A stretch of DNA of 56,353 nucleotides from Nitrospira japonica (GCA_020725385.1 DYFC01000031.1:1-56353), one strand, 5' to 3'. Shown: positions 40,911 to 51,277, numbered from the stretch's first letter. Program-made: numbers and translations. Notes: generated by a model not told the origin, from the letters alone.

Positions 40911-42286
40911 AATAAAACTTTTTCCTTCATTTTCTTTATTTGTTTTTTAACTTCAGCAATTGAAGTACTACCAGAAGATTTTTTGTTTTTTATAGATTCT
41001 TCTGGTCTAAGGTATTTAAATATCTCGCTGTCGAATCTGTCAGAAAATGATTTTAATTCATCAAGAGATAATTCATAAAGTTTAATTCCATTATTAATAC
41101 AATGACGAACTATTTTCCCGGTAATTTCATGAGCATTTCTAAAAGGCATACCTTTTTTCACGAGATATTCAGCTATATCTGTTGCTGTCGAAAAGGCATC
41201 TCCGGCAGTTTCGTTCATTCTTTTTATATTAAACTTAATCCCGGGGAACATTTCATTCATAACAATCAGGCAAGCTTTTATTGTATCTACTGTATCAAAA
41301 ACAGGTATCTTATCTTCCTGCATATCCCTGTTATATGCCATTGGTAGGCCTTTCATAATGGTCAACAAAGAAATAAGACTTCCATAAATTTTTCCTGTCT
41401 TGCCACGAACAAGCTCTGCAACATCGGGATTTTTCTTTTGTGGCATTATGCTTGAACCAGTTGTGAAAGCATCAGGCATTTCTATGAATTTAAATTCTTC
41501 CGATGACCAGATAACCAATTCTTCGGCAAGTCTTGAAAGATGCATCGAGAGTATTGAAGAAATAGAAAGAAATTCGATTGCAAAATCCCTATCTGATACA
41601 GAATCTATGCTATTCGAAGTTACAGCATTAAATCCAAGAAGTTTCGCCACATAAAAACGATCAATTGGAAAAGTTGTTCCTGCCAATGCACAAGAGCCTA
41701 ATGGAAGAATATTTATTCTTTTAAGTGAATCGATGTATCTTTCGACATCTCTTTGGAGCATTTCTACATAAGAAAGCAGATGGTGTGATAAAAGAACAGG
41801 TTGTGCCCTTTGCATATGTGTATATCCGGGCATTATGTCAGTTAAATGATTTTCAGCCTTATCAATAATGGATTTCTGAAAAGCTTTTATCAATGAAATA
41901 ATTTCATGTGTTTCAGCCCTGAGATAAAGTCTTAAATCGAGAGCTATCTGGTCATTTCTTGAACGTGCTGTATGTAATTTTTTACCTGCATCACCGATCA
42001 TTTCTGTAAGTGCTGCCTCTATGTTCATATGTATATCTTCAAGTTCTTCTTTGAACTTAAAGATGCCTTTTTCAATTTTTTTCGAAATTTCCTCGAGACC
42101 TTTTATAATTTTTGATGCATCTTCAGAAGTAATAATACCCTGCTTGGCAAGCATTTTTGCATGAGCAATACTACCTTGAATGTCATGTTTCCATAGACGG
42201 TAATCAAAAGATATAGATTCAGTAAAAGATTCAACAACTTTTGAAGTTTTTTGATTAAACCTGCCACCCCAGAGCTTCTTCATCAT
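40907..42286 (-). CDS. argH: Argininosuccinate lyase
   Basis: LWGGRF, HTARSRNDQ, GSSIMPQKKNPD. Confidence 0.97.
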   Translation of the reverse strand: MMKKLWGGRFNQKTSKVVESFTESISFDYRLWKHDIQGSIAHAKMLAKQGIITSEDASKIIKGLEEISKKIEKGIFKFKEELEDIHMNIEAALTEMIGDAGKKLHTARSRNDQIALDLRLYLRAETHEIISLIKAFQKSIIDKAENHLTDIMPGYTHMQRAQPVLLSHHLLSYVEMLQRDVERYIDSLKRINILPLGSCALAGTTFPIDRFYVAKLLGFNAVTSNSIDSVSDRDFAIEFLSISSILSMHLSRLAEELVIWSSEEFKFIEMPDAFTTGSSIMPQKKNPDVAELVRGKTGKIYGSLISLLTIMKGLPMAYNRDMQEDKIPVFDTVDTIKACLIVMNEMFPGIKFNIKRMNETAGDAFSTATDIAEYLVKKGMPFRNAHEITGKIVRHCINNGIKLYELSLDELKSFSDRFDSEIFKYLRPEESIKNKKSSGSTSIAEVKKQIKKMKEKVLL

Positions 42287-42786
42287 TTTTCACCTATTCC
42301 CATTGTTTTTGCTTCAATTTCCTTAAAAACATCAAAAATAAGCTCTGATGTATTCAACTTAATAGGTCCTTTCATTACATAAGCTGGTATAATATCCTGA
42401 ATAAATTCGAACCATCCCTCATTCCATGAAATAGCATCATGCAATAAAGATTTTGCATAATTAAGAATTATTTTTGTTAAATCATCAATTGTGAAATATT
42501 TTAATTCAATAAGACGCTGGGTGAAAGGTATTTTCATAGTCTGACTCTGAATTAGTGCTGTTTTAATTATAGTAGCATCAAGCTTTGATTCCTTAAGGAT
42601 AAATTCACCAAGCCTCTCACCTTCTTTGTTTGAAGATACGTAAACAATCTTTCCTTCTTCTATATAGATTTTTTTTTCTGTGCCAAAATTAGAAACGGTA
42701 AGAGTCCCGGTTTTTCTGGATAAATCAATCCATTGCAGAATATCAGTCAACGGCATTACTGACAAATCACCACTAATTGAAGCCAT
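42283..42786 (-). CDS. DUF4388-domain protein
   Basis: GDLSVMPLTDILQ..KTGTL, RLGEF, WNEGWFEF. Confidence 0.8.
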   Translation of the reverse strand: MASISGDLSVMPLTDILQWIDLSRKTGTLTVSNFGTEKKIYIEEGKIVYVSSNKEGERLGEFILKESKLDATIIKTALIQSQTMKIPFTQRLIELKYFTIDDLTKIILNYAKSLLHDAISWNEGWFEFIQDIIPAYVMKGPIKLNTSELIFDVFKEIEAKTMGIGEK

Positions 42787-42897
42787 CAAATCTCCATTTC
42801 TATTAAAAATAATTCTTTATTAATAATAAATGTACTCGATTTTACTGTCAACTCCAATAAGAGAGAGAAAAAAAATATCTTAGCTCTTTGCTTTTTG

Positions 42898-43311
42898 CTA
42901 TTCGCTCTTTACAAGCGGGATAAGTAAAGCTTTATTTATTTCTTCAGGTATTCTTTGTGGTTTGCCTTCAGGATTAATACATGCAAGTCGTATAACTGCT
43001 TCAACCAAAATTGTTTCGTTTTTCCTGATAATATGTTTTATTTTTATTGTTACTTTTGTTATTTCGATTATATCAGTAATAATTTCAATAATATCACCGA
43101 GCTTAGCAGGGTGTTTGTAATGTATTTCTGCATCAACAACTGCAAAAACAAAACCCTTATTGTGATAATCAGAGACATCTATCCCTCTAGAAGCAAGATA
43201 CTCGGTTCTTGCCCGTTCCATAAATTTCAGATAATTAGCATAATATACTACTCCGCCAGCATCTGTATCTTCATAATAAATTTTTATTTTAAAAGAATTA
43301 TTCATATTCAT
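42898..43311 (-). CDS. YbgC/FadM-family acyl-CoA thioesterase
   Basis: YYEDTDAGGVVYYANYLKFMERARTE. Confidence 0.9.
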   Translation of the reverse strand: MNMNNSFKIKIYYEDTDAGGVVYYANYLKFMERARTEYLASRGIDVSDYHNKGFVFAVVDAEIHYKHPAKLGDIIEIITDIIEITKVTIKIKHIIRKNETILVEAVIRLACINPEGKPQRIPEEINKALLIPLVKSE

Positions 43312-43976
43312 AATCTGGTTTTCAATATTATATATGTAGCACCAAGTCCGCCATCACGGTCTTTTGCAGTAGAATATGCGATTACCCATTTGCTGAACTT
43401 TCCGTGTAACCACTTAATCAAATATTCTTTTAACACCGGTCCGTTAGGAGATCTTAGTCCTCTGCCATGAATAACTTTGATGCAACAGAGTCTTCTTTTA
43501 ACAGCATTTTTAAGAAATGCACTTAAAGCTGTTTCAGCTTCATTAACTGTAAGTCCATGAAGGTCAATATAATCCTGTACAGAAAAATAACCTTTATGGA
43601 GTTTTTGGGTAATGTCTTTTCGAATATCGGAGTGTACCCACTCTATATATTCGGGGGTATCGGGAAGATTGATCTTTTGATGACCGGAAACTATTTTTTC
43701 CAGAGTTTTTATCGTATCATCATTTTTTATTGGAATATGTTTTTTTGTTTGTTGAGTTATATATGGAATTTCTGTAAATTCACTGATTTGTTTGACATTT
43801 GCCATAGCTTCATGAAAAATCTCTTCGTCAGATTTTTTAATCTGAGTTTCATGTTCTTGAGTTATTTTGTTTTTGAGAATGAAATTATTTTCCTTGAGCA
43901 TATCTCCAAGATATTTAAAAGGCATAAACCCCTGAGAAGCCCCCTTTAATTTATTATGTTCTCTATTATTTTTCAT
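43308..43976 (-). CDS. Smr (small MutS-related) domain protein
   Basis: IDLHGL, VIHGRGLRS, DGGLGA. Confidence 0.9.
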   Translation of the reverse strand: MKNNREHNKLKGASQGFMPFKYLGDMLKENNFILKNKITQEHETQIKKSDEEIFHEAMANVKQISEFTEIPYITQQTKKHIPIKNDDTIKTLEKIVSGHQKINLPDTPEYIEWVHSDIRKDITQKLHKGYFSVQDYIDLHGLTVNEAETALSAFLKNAVKRRLCCIKVIHGRGLRSPNGPVLKEYLIKWLHGKFSKWVIAYSTAKDRDGGLGATYIILKTRL

Positions 43977-44030
43977 ATTTTATATTTTTAATTATACCCG
44001 ATTAGAGAGTAAAACAATTATTAAAAATTA

Positions 44031-45854
44031 CTAAACTTTTGTTGCCAATGATAAGAAGGATTTTCTATCAGAAGAGAGTAAAACTATGCCTTTATGTTCA
44101 AAATTATTAATTATAGATTTTATTTCATTAATACTTACTCCTATTGTAGATGAAAGGGCATCTATATCCTGGATATTTTCTGTTGCAGTTATGTATATAT
44201 GTTTTTCTATACCGCTGAATGTAAAATTTGATTTAATGCCATCACGACATAATGTGATAAATAACTTATCCCCATTCTCATCATAACGCATATAATTATT
44301 TTCGCGGTCCTTTTTCTTTATTGTTTCACATGTTTCCCTGATTATCATTGACATTTTATATTGTTCCTCATCATTATTGAAACTATAAGGGAAAGGATAA
44401 TTTGAATATGAGGACATCGGGAACTCTTCAAATAACAATGCAAATATATTTTTTTTACTTTTAGTTATTTCAAATTTCTCAGGATTATCAAAAACAGGGC
44501 AGTCTGCTGGAAGATAAAATTCGCCAGGGAATATTTGTATATTATCATATAAAAGAAGATGTTGAATTGTATACATAACCTTTATATTTTCTATCAGATG
44601 CTCTTCTTTCATTCCAGGATAGCATGTAAAAAGATTAAATTGGATTGGTACGCCGAGTTCTGCTGCTGATTTGATTACTTCAACATTTTTAAGAACTGTT
44701 ACCCCTTTATTCATGAGTTTCAAAAGTCCTTCACTGAATGTCTCTATGCCAATTTGAAAATTCGATACCCATTCCCCGAAATGTAGAATTGCATTTAAAA
44801 CTTCCCTATCCATTCTCTCAGCCCTGAATTCAGCATAATGAAAAGATAGGTTTTTATTGTTGATAAGTTGAGGTATTGCAATAATTGTTTCCTTTTTCTT
44901 GAGAGTGTCTGAATCAAGAATGAAAAAATTGTTTAAATCCCGGGAAATGTTTTTGTAATACCCAAATTCTTCAGAAATTCTTTCTGCTGATTTTGATTGA
45001 CATTTAATATTGTATGACTCATCAGGACAGAATGTGCATCTTTTCCATGGACAACCTCTTCCAAACTCAATAGGAAGAATTAATTCATTCAAAGGAAGAG
45101 GAAAATCATTAAAATCATATGAAGGAAAAGGAAGATATTCCAGTGACAGGTTTGGTTTTATTGGCGAGCTTATTATTTGACCTTCTGCTTTGTAAATCAA
45201 ATTGCATAAATTATTGTTGCCATTTTCAATATAGTCAAGTAGATTTTCTATTGTTATTTCACATTCAGCGATACCTATATAATCTATACAATCCATGTGT
45301 TTAATAAGCTCGAAAGCAAAGTTACCAGAACAATCTTTGCCTCCAAATATTATTGGAATATCAGGGTATAATGATTTAATTTTTTTAGCCATTATCAGTG
45401 AGCTACTTAACTGATAATGTGAACAGCTAAATCCAACTAATTTTGTGTTAGGAATGTATGGCATTAATTTGTTGAATTCTGTTTCAATAAAAGAATCAGC
45501 TATCTGTCTCATATTTAAGAAATCTGTTAAATTAATATTAATAGAATTGAGTCTTTCGTTAATGAGTTTCTGTGATTTAATAAATTTATCATTGAAAAGT
45601 AATGAAGCGAATACGTAATCAAGCCCCATAAATTCAATGCCTGATTGTTCGGTTTGAAAAAGGAATCTTTCCCACATCTTAGGGTCGAATTTCTTAATAT
45701 AAGGAAGAAAATCAAGATGAAAATGAAAAGTTTTAACTTTTTTGCCTTTTTGAGTTAAAAAAGATTGAATCATGCCTAAATTAATGTTAGGTATGTTTGC
45801 GAACCAACGGGAAATAAACCTTGCATATGGCATTGATATGAAAAGGAAGTCCAA
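44031..45854 (-). CDS. B12-binding radical SAM protein (RiPP-maturation C-methyltransferase-like)
   Basis: ISMPY start, cobalamin-binding-like VGFSC..YQL / IIFGG, GRGCPWKRCTFC, QIGIETFS...MNKG. TTG start. Confidence 0.75.
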   Translation of the reverse strand: MDFLFISMPYARFISRWFANIPNINLGMIQSFLTQKGKKVKTFHFHLDFLPYIKKFDPKMWERFLFQTEQSGIEFMGLDYVFASLLFNDKFIKSQKLINERLNSININLTDFLNMRQIADSFIETEFNKLMPYIPNTKLVGFSCSHYQLSSSLIMAKKIKSLYPDIPIIFGGKDCSGNFAFELIKHMDCIDYIGIAECEITIENLLDYIENGNNNLCNLIYKAEGQIISSPIKPNLSLEYLPFPSYDFNDFPLPLNELILPIEFGRGCPWKRCTFCPDESYNIKCQSKSAERISEEFGYYKNISRDLNNFFILDSDTLKKKETIIAIPQLINNKNLSFHYAEFRAERMDREVLNAILHFGEWVSNFQIGIETFSEGLLKLMNKGVTVLKNVEVIKSAAELGVPIQFNLFTCYPGMKEEHLIENIKVMYTIQHLLLYDNIQIFPGEFYLPADCPVFDNPEKFEITKSKKNIFALLFEEFPMSSYSNYPFPYSFNNDEEQYKMSMIIRETCETIKKKDRENNYMRYDENGDKLFITLCRDGIKSNFTFSGIEKHIYITATENIQDIDALSSTIGVSINEIKSIINNFEHKGIVLLSSDRKSFLSLATKV

Positions 45855-45927
45855 TTTTAAATTCTCCGAAATAATGTACTTTTTATTTTTTTTGCTTTCT
45901 ATTATTCTAAATAAATGACGTTAAACA

Positions 45928-46581
45928 ATGAAAGATAAAAAATTAATAAAATCAGGTTATACAAATCCAATAAGGGTATCTTTTCCTGATGATGAGAAAC
46001 GACATAAATGGTTACAAATGCTTTTAAGTGCCTATTATGTTATTGATAAAGGTATTTCAGAAGCTCTTAAAGAAGAATTTAAAAAAGGGAAAAAACTGGC
46101 TTGCACAAAAGGATGTTCCTATTGTTGTAAAACTCATGAAACTATTCCTGTTTATCCTCTGGAGCTTGTAGGTCTTTCATGGTATGTCACAGAGAAAATT
46201 AAGGGACATAATAGGGATATTCTTAAGAAGCAATTAAAAATGTATAAACACAGTGACCCCTGTCCCTTTCTTATTGATAGTATTTGTTCAGTACATCCTG
46301 TCAGACCTGCTGCTTGTAGGCAGTTTAATGTATTTGGAAGCCAATGCAAAGAAGGCGAAGACCCTTATTACACAAGACGTGAAGATGTACTAAAGCCGAT
46401 TAAAAAATATATTGACCGAGCTTTTTTTATTATGCTCCCATTCTATGGAATTAACGATGAAAATGAAAGAGTTAGAGTAATAGAAACTGGTGGTGTACAT
46501 ACTATAGTTAAACTTCTGCAGGATCTTAACTGGAAAAGTCTTGCAGAAAAGATGGAAGAATTCGATTCAAAGGTAGGCTAA
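45928..46581 (+). CDS. YkgJ/CxxCxxCC cysteine-cluster protein
   Basis: CTKGCSYCC, CPFL, CSVHPVRPAACR. Confidence 0.88.
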   Translation: MKDKKLIKSGYTNPIRVSFPDDEKRHKWLQMLLSAYYVIDKGISEALKEEFKKGKKLACTKGCSYCCKTHETIPVYPLELVGLSWYVTEKIKGHNRDILKKQLKMYKHSDPCPFLIDSICSVHPVRPAACRQFNVFGSQCKEGEDPYYTRREDVLKPIKKYIDRAFFIMLPFYGINDENERVRVIETGGVHTIVKLLQDLNWKSLAEKMEEFDSKVG

Positions 46582-46588
46582 AAGAATA

Positions 46589-48511
46589 TTAAATATGTAA
46601 TGGATCTACATTAATCAATAATTTATTTTTTTTATCCTTTTTAAAGGCTTCAAGAAATATATTTGCTGTTTCGTGAAGGCTTTTGCGATCAGAGGATTTA
46701 AGAAGCAGGCTGAAATCATTATCTTTTACTGTTGATTTGAATGGCCCTAAAATTTGGATATTTTTATTTGTATTTTTAATAATGTCTTCTATTCTATCGA
46801 GGATATTATTACCGGGTTTAAATTTTATTAATATAAGTTTCGAAAAAGGAGGATAATTTAATTCTTTGCGCCTTTTTAGTTCTTCTTTTACAAAAGAAAT
46901 GTAATCGTATTTTTTTAGGTGTTTGTAAAGATAATTTTGAGGCATCTGTGTCTGAATTAAAACTTCACCATCAGATGATATTTTATCTGCGATTGAAACA
47001 AATTCCTGGTAAGCTTTTTCAGAAGCTCTAAAGTCAGGAAAGTTTAAAAAAGCATCTGCATTGAGTATAATTGCCTTTGTAAATTCATCTAAAGTAATAA
47101 TCTTATTTGTCATTAATTTTGTGCCAACTATTAGTCTTACATCGTCATTTGATATAGAATTTAAAAGGCTCTTCAATACTTTCTTGCCTGCAACTATATC
47201 ACTATCTATTCTCATAGTCTTAAATCCTGTTGCAGATTCTAAATCTTCCTGAATTCTCTGTGTCCCTGTACCAAGCAGTTGAAGATTAAAACCATTGCAT
47301 CTACAGCATAGTTCAGGTAGTGGTGACAATGAATAATTACAATATCTGCATTTTAATGCATGGATTTTCTTGTCAACTGTAAGAGGTGTCCCGCAATTTA
47401 TACATTTTTGAATATATCCACAATCATTACAATGCATAATAGATGCATAACCTTTTTTATTAATTACAAACATTACTTTATTTCCCATATTTATTGAATT
47501 CAGAGCAGATTCAATCACTAACTTTGAAATGCCCGGTTTTATCAGATGACTAAATCTTGTATCTACTATTTTGATTTTAGGTCTATTTATATTTATATCT
47601 GGTTTAATCAATTTATATTTGCCGGAAATGCAATTATGAAGAGATTCAATAGATGGAGATATTGAAGATAAAAGGACTACTGATTTTTCGTAATAACCTC
47701 TCATAACTGCGACATCTCTTACATTATAAAAAGGTATTTTTTCTAATTTATAAGAACTACTATGTTCATGAAGAACCGCAATGAGAGAGACTTTTTTTAA
47801 TGGTGTAAAAGCAGCATGCCTTGTGCCGATTACTATATCACATTTTCCAGAGAGTATTTTTTCAATTGAAAGAATTTTTTGTATTTTACTAAGTCCGCTA
47901 TGATATTGACAAACACGTTCGCCAAAGGCTTTTTTAAATAAAGGATAAAGTATTTCGGCAATTGATATTTCAGGACAAAGTATAATTATATTTCTAAAAT
48001 TTTCTGCTATTTTAAGTGAAAAAGAATATTCTATATCCTTGGAATGTACATGCAATAAATAACTTTGATAAGTTTCTTTTTTAAGTGATTTAAAGAATGA
48101 ATTCACAATTGGGTTAATATCTGATTCAGTTAACTTTTTATGAAATTCTAATTCTGATATGTTTGATTTATTTTTACTTTTACGGGATGATGAAGATAGT
48201 TCAAAAAATTCCTTTGGAAGTATATTTTTTAAAATAGTACCTTGATTAGCCATATAGTATTCAGACATCCATTTTAAAAGTTTAAGCATATTCTTGCTGA
48301 AAAGAGGCTCATATCCATGAATTTGTTCAATGTATTTAATATTATCAGAGGGTTGTGTATTAACTATTTCAGTTACAATACCTTTTTTAGAACTGTTCTT
48401 AACAGGTGCAGTTACAAGCATTCCGGGTTTTATTAAAGTAAAAACATCTTCCCTACAATTATAGAGAAGTGGTTGAATGTTTTGTGGGAAAACTACACTG
48501 AAAAAATTCAT
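46589..48511 (-). CDS. priA: Primosomal protein N' with degenerate helicase motifs
   Basis: 3'-binding domain, IGTRHA, Cys-rich Zn region, GTGTQR, PDFRASE, NYPPF. Walker A/B are lost. Alternative GTG start at 48526. Confidence 0.88.
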   Translation of the reverse strand: MNFFSVVFPQNIQPLLYNCREDVFTLIKPGMLVTAPVKNSSKKGIVTEIVNTQPSDNIKYIEQIHGYEPLFSKNMLKLLKWMSEYYMANQGTILKNILPKEFFELSSSSRKSKNKSNISELEFHKKLTESDINPIVNSFFKSLKKETYQSYLLHVHSKDIEYSFSLKIAENFRNIIILCPEISIAEILYPLFKKAFGERVCQYHSGLSKIQKILSIEKILSGKCDIVIGTRHAAFTPLKKVSLIAVLHEHSSSYKLEKIPFYNVRDVAVMRGYYEKSVVLLSSISPSIESLHNCISGKYKLIKPDININRPKIKIVDTRFSHLIKPGISKLVIESALNSINMGNKVMFVINKKGYASIMHCNDCGYIQKCINCGTPLTVDKKIHALKCRYCNYSLSPLPELCCRCNGFNLQLLGTGTQRIQEDLESATGFKTMRIDSDIVAGKKVLKSLLNSISNDDVRLIVGTKLMTNKIITLDEFTKAIILNADAFLNFPDFRASEKAYQEFVSIADKISSDGEVLIQTQMPQNYLYKHLKKYDYISFVKEELKRRKELNYPPFSKLILIKFKPGNNILDRIEDIIKNTNKNIQILGPFKSTVKDNDFSLLLKSSDRKSLHETANIFLEAFKKDKKNKLLINVDPLHI

Positions 48512-48564
48512 ATGTAATTCTATCACATTGTTATCAATCTTATCTTTATGTCATAATTTATATT

Positions 48565-50265
48565 ATGAAGAAAACAAGTGTTTTAATTTTAATATTATGT
48601 TTTATTATCATTCTTTGCAAGACTACGGACCTTTCAGCTTTTGAACCAAAAATAGATACCTCTAATTCCGAAGTCTATTATTATTTGATTCTCGGATATG
48701 ATGCTGAGAGGGAAGGTAAATGGGAAAAAGCTATTGATTATTATAATAAAGCTCTAAGCTACGATACAACGTCTTCTCATATAAAAATGTTATTAAGCTC
48801 TGTTCTTCTAAGAACAGGAGATATAGAAGAAGCTATTTTACTTGCGGAAGATATTCTTAGAGACGATCCTAAATATGTTCCTGCTCTTATGTTTCTTGGT
48901 GAATTGTATAATAGTCAGAAAAAAACTGTTGATGCCATTACAGTATATAAAAAAGTTTTAAGAATACAACCTGATAATCAGGAAGCTTCTCTTTTTCTAA
49001 GTCTTCTTTACGCATCCCGGAAAGAATATAATGAAGCTGTTGAAATACTTGAAAAACTTGTTAAATCCTCACCCGATAATCTGATGGCAATTTATTATCT
49101 AGGGATTCTTTTAAATGAAAAAGGAGATATGGATGAAGCTATAAGATATTTCAATATGGCTTTGGAGCAAAGACCTAATTTTGACGCCGCTTATTATAAT
49201 CTTGGTTTAATATTTGAACAAAAAGGTGAAACTGAAAAGGCAATAGAAAATTATAATAAGGCTATTTCATTCAATCCACACAATCTTCAGGCAAGAGAAC
49301 GTCTTGGACAGATATATTTCAAACAAAAAGATACCGAAAAGGCAATTGAACAATATGAAGAAATAAGCAATCAAATTCCAATTAATATTGATATTCATAT
49401 AAATCTCGGTGTTCTATACTTCGAGGATAAACAATATGACAAAGCCATAGAAGAATTTAGAATAGTTCTTCAGGATAAACCCGAAAATGTTTCAATAAGA
49501 TATTATCTTGCTATTGCTCTTGAGGAAATGGAAAGATACAACGAAGCTATTTCTGAACTCAGAAGAATAATACAGACAGACCCAAAACATCTTGGAGCAT
49601 TTTTACATCTTGGATTTATCTACAATAAAACAGATAAAGAAGATGAAGCAATAAAAGTTTATCAGGAGATTCTGGATTTTGAAAAAGAAAAACCTGAAAT
49701 TTATTTATATTTATCTTCTTCATATATTAAAAAGAAAGATTATCAAAAAGCCGAGGAAGTTATCAGGAAAGCTCTGGAGAAATTTGATAATGATGATGAT
49801 CTGTATTTTAATCTTGCCGTTGTGATGGAAAAAACAAACAGGTTTGATGATATGGTTAAATACCTGAAAAAGACTATTGAGCTAAACCCGGAACATGCTG
49901 AAGCACTGAATTATATGGGATATAGCTATGCTGAGAGAGGTATAAATCTTGAAGAAGCACTTACACTTGTGAAAAAAGCTCTTGAGATAAAACCAGGAAG
50001 CGGGTATATTCTTGATAGTCTTGGCTGGATATATTTTAAACTCGGCAGGAAAGAAGAAGCGCTTGAGCTTCTTCTTAAGGCAGCAGAACTTACAAAAAAT
50101 GATGCTGTTATAATGGAACATATTGGAGATATCTATATTGCCTTCGGAAATAAAGAAAAAGCGATTGAGTATTACATGAAGTCACTTAAGTCAGAAACAG
50201 AAAACGAAGATGAGGGCTTAAAAGACAGGGTAAGCAAGAAAATTGAAAGTATAAAAAATGAATAA
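48565..50265 (+). CDS. Exported tetratricopeptide repeat protein
   Basis: Signal peptide and many TPRs, ALNYMGYSYAE / DSLGW. Typical gene upstream of ispE. Confidence 0.9.
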   Translation: MKKTSVLILILCFIIILCKTTDLSAFEPKIDTSNSEVYYYLILGYDAEREGKWEKAIDYYNKALSYDTTSSHIKMLLSSVLLRTGDIEEAILLAEDILRDDPKYVPALMFLGELYNSQKKTVDAITVYKKVLRIQPDNQEASLFLSLLYASRKEYNEAVEILEKLVKSSPDNLMAIYYLGILLNEKGDMDEAIRYFNMALEQRPNFDAAYYNLGLIFEQKGETEKAIENYNKAISFNPHNLQARERLGQIYFKQKDTEKAIEQYEEISNQIPINIDIHINLGVLYFEDKQYDKAIEEFRIVLQDKPENVSIRYYLAIALEEMERYNEAISELRRIIQTDPKHLGAFLHLGFIYNKTDKEDEAIKVYQEILDFEKEKPEIYLYLSSSYIKKKDYQKAEEVIRKALEKFDNDDDLYFNLAVVMEKTNRFDDMVKYLKKTIELNPEHAEALNYMGYSYAERGINLEEALTLVKKALEIKPGSGYILDSLGWIYFKLGRKEEALELLLKAAELTKNDAVIMEHIGDIYIAFGNKEKAIEYYMKSLKSETENEDEGLKDRVSKKIESIKNE

Positions 50266-50341
50266 GGTTCTTCTCCAAAAAATTCCTAAATAAGTAGACA
50301 AACTGTTACTTTGATGGCAGAAAGAATTATAACTGTTATTC

Positions 50342-50369
50342 AAGCTGTTTGAGCCATTCAAACAGTTTT
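50342..50369. terminator. Hairpin, possible terminator
   Basis: AAGCTGTTTGA gccat TCAAACAGTTT. Confidence 0.45.
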
Positions 50370-50437
50370 AGAAAATTTTTTGCAACATCTAAGTTTTTTA
50401 ATAAGAATTTGGAAATAAATAAAAACATAAGTAAATT

Positions 50438-51277
50438 ATGCTCATATTAAAAGCCCCTGCAAAGATTAACTGGTTTCTCAAAATTACAGGCAAGAGAGAA
50501 GATGGTTATCATTCTTTGATTACACTTATGCAGTGCATATCTCTTTACGATATTTTGAGATTTGAACTATCTGAAAAGATTGAGATTATTTCAGACTTGA
50601 ATATTCCGTTTGAAGAAAATCATATTTATAAGGCAGCGATGCTTTTGAAGGAGACATATTCAATTAGAAATGGTGTAAGGATTTTTTTAGAAAAAAATAT
50701 ACCAATGTCTGCAGGTCTTGGCGGTGGAAGTAGTAATGCTGCTTATACTCTAATTGGCTTAAACAAATTATGGAGTATTGGTGTTAGAAATAAAGAATTA
50801 ATGGATTTGTCTTTTAAACTCGGCTCTGATGTGCCCTTTTTTTTAGCTGGAAAGGTAGCCTTAGTTGCTGGCTATGGAGAAGAAGTTACACCAATTCGGA
50901 TAAGAAAACCTTTAGTATTGCTTGTTGTTAAACCATCTATATCTATTTCGACAGCATGGGCTTATTCTGCTTTTGATAAAAATATGAAGTTGACAAAAAA
51001 AGATATTGATATTAAACTGTTAATTCAGGCTTTGAATGATAATGATTTTGCTAAATTAGCAACTTTAGCTAATAATGAACTTGAACCAGCTGTCATTTCA
51101 AGCTATCCAGTTATAAAGGAACTGAAAGAAAAATTAATTAAATTAGGTGCGCTTTTTTCATCTATGACTGGTAGTGGTTCTGCTGTGTATGGAGTTTTTC
51201 ATAATATTGAAATGGCGGAAAAAGCTTCTGAAAAATTTAATTCAGAGTGGTGTAAAATTGTTGAAACTCTGGTTTGA
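50438..51277 (+). CDS. ispE: 4-diphosphocytidyl-2-C-methyl-D-erythritol kinase
   Basis: APAKIN, REDGYH, AGLGGGSSNAA, GSDVPFF, MTGSGS. Confidence 0.96.
   Translation: MLILKAPAKINWFLKITGKREDGYHSLITLMQCISLYDILRFELSEKIEIISDLNIPFEENHIYKAAMLLKETYSIRNGVRIFLEKNIPMSAGLGGGSSNAAYTLIGLNKLWSIGVRNKELMDLSFKLGSDVPFFLAGKVALVAGYGEEVTPIRIRKPLVLLVVKPSISISTAWAYSAFDKNMKLTKKDIDIKLLIQALNDNDFAKLATLANNELEPAVISSYPVIKELKEKLIKLGALFSSMTGSGSAVYGVFHNIEMAEKASEKFNSEWCKIVETLV
50990..51018 (+). promoter_or_regulatory. Internal sigma-70 promoter in ispE, likely driving tRNA-Gln-prs-rplY-pth
   Basis: TTGACA-N17-TAAACT. Confidence 0.6.
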
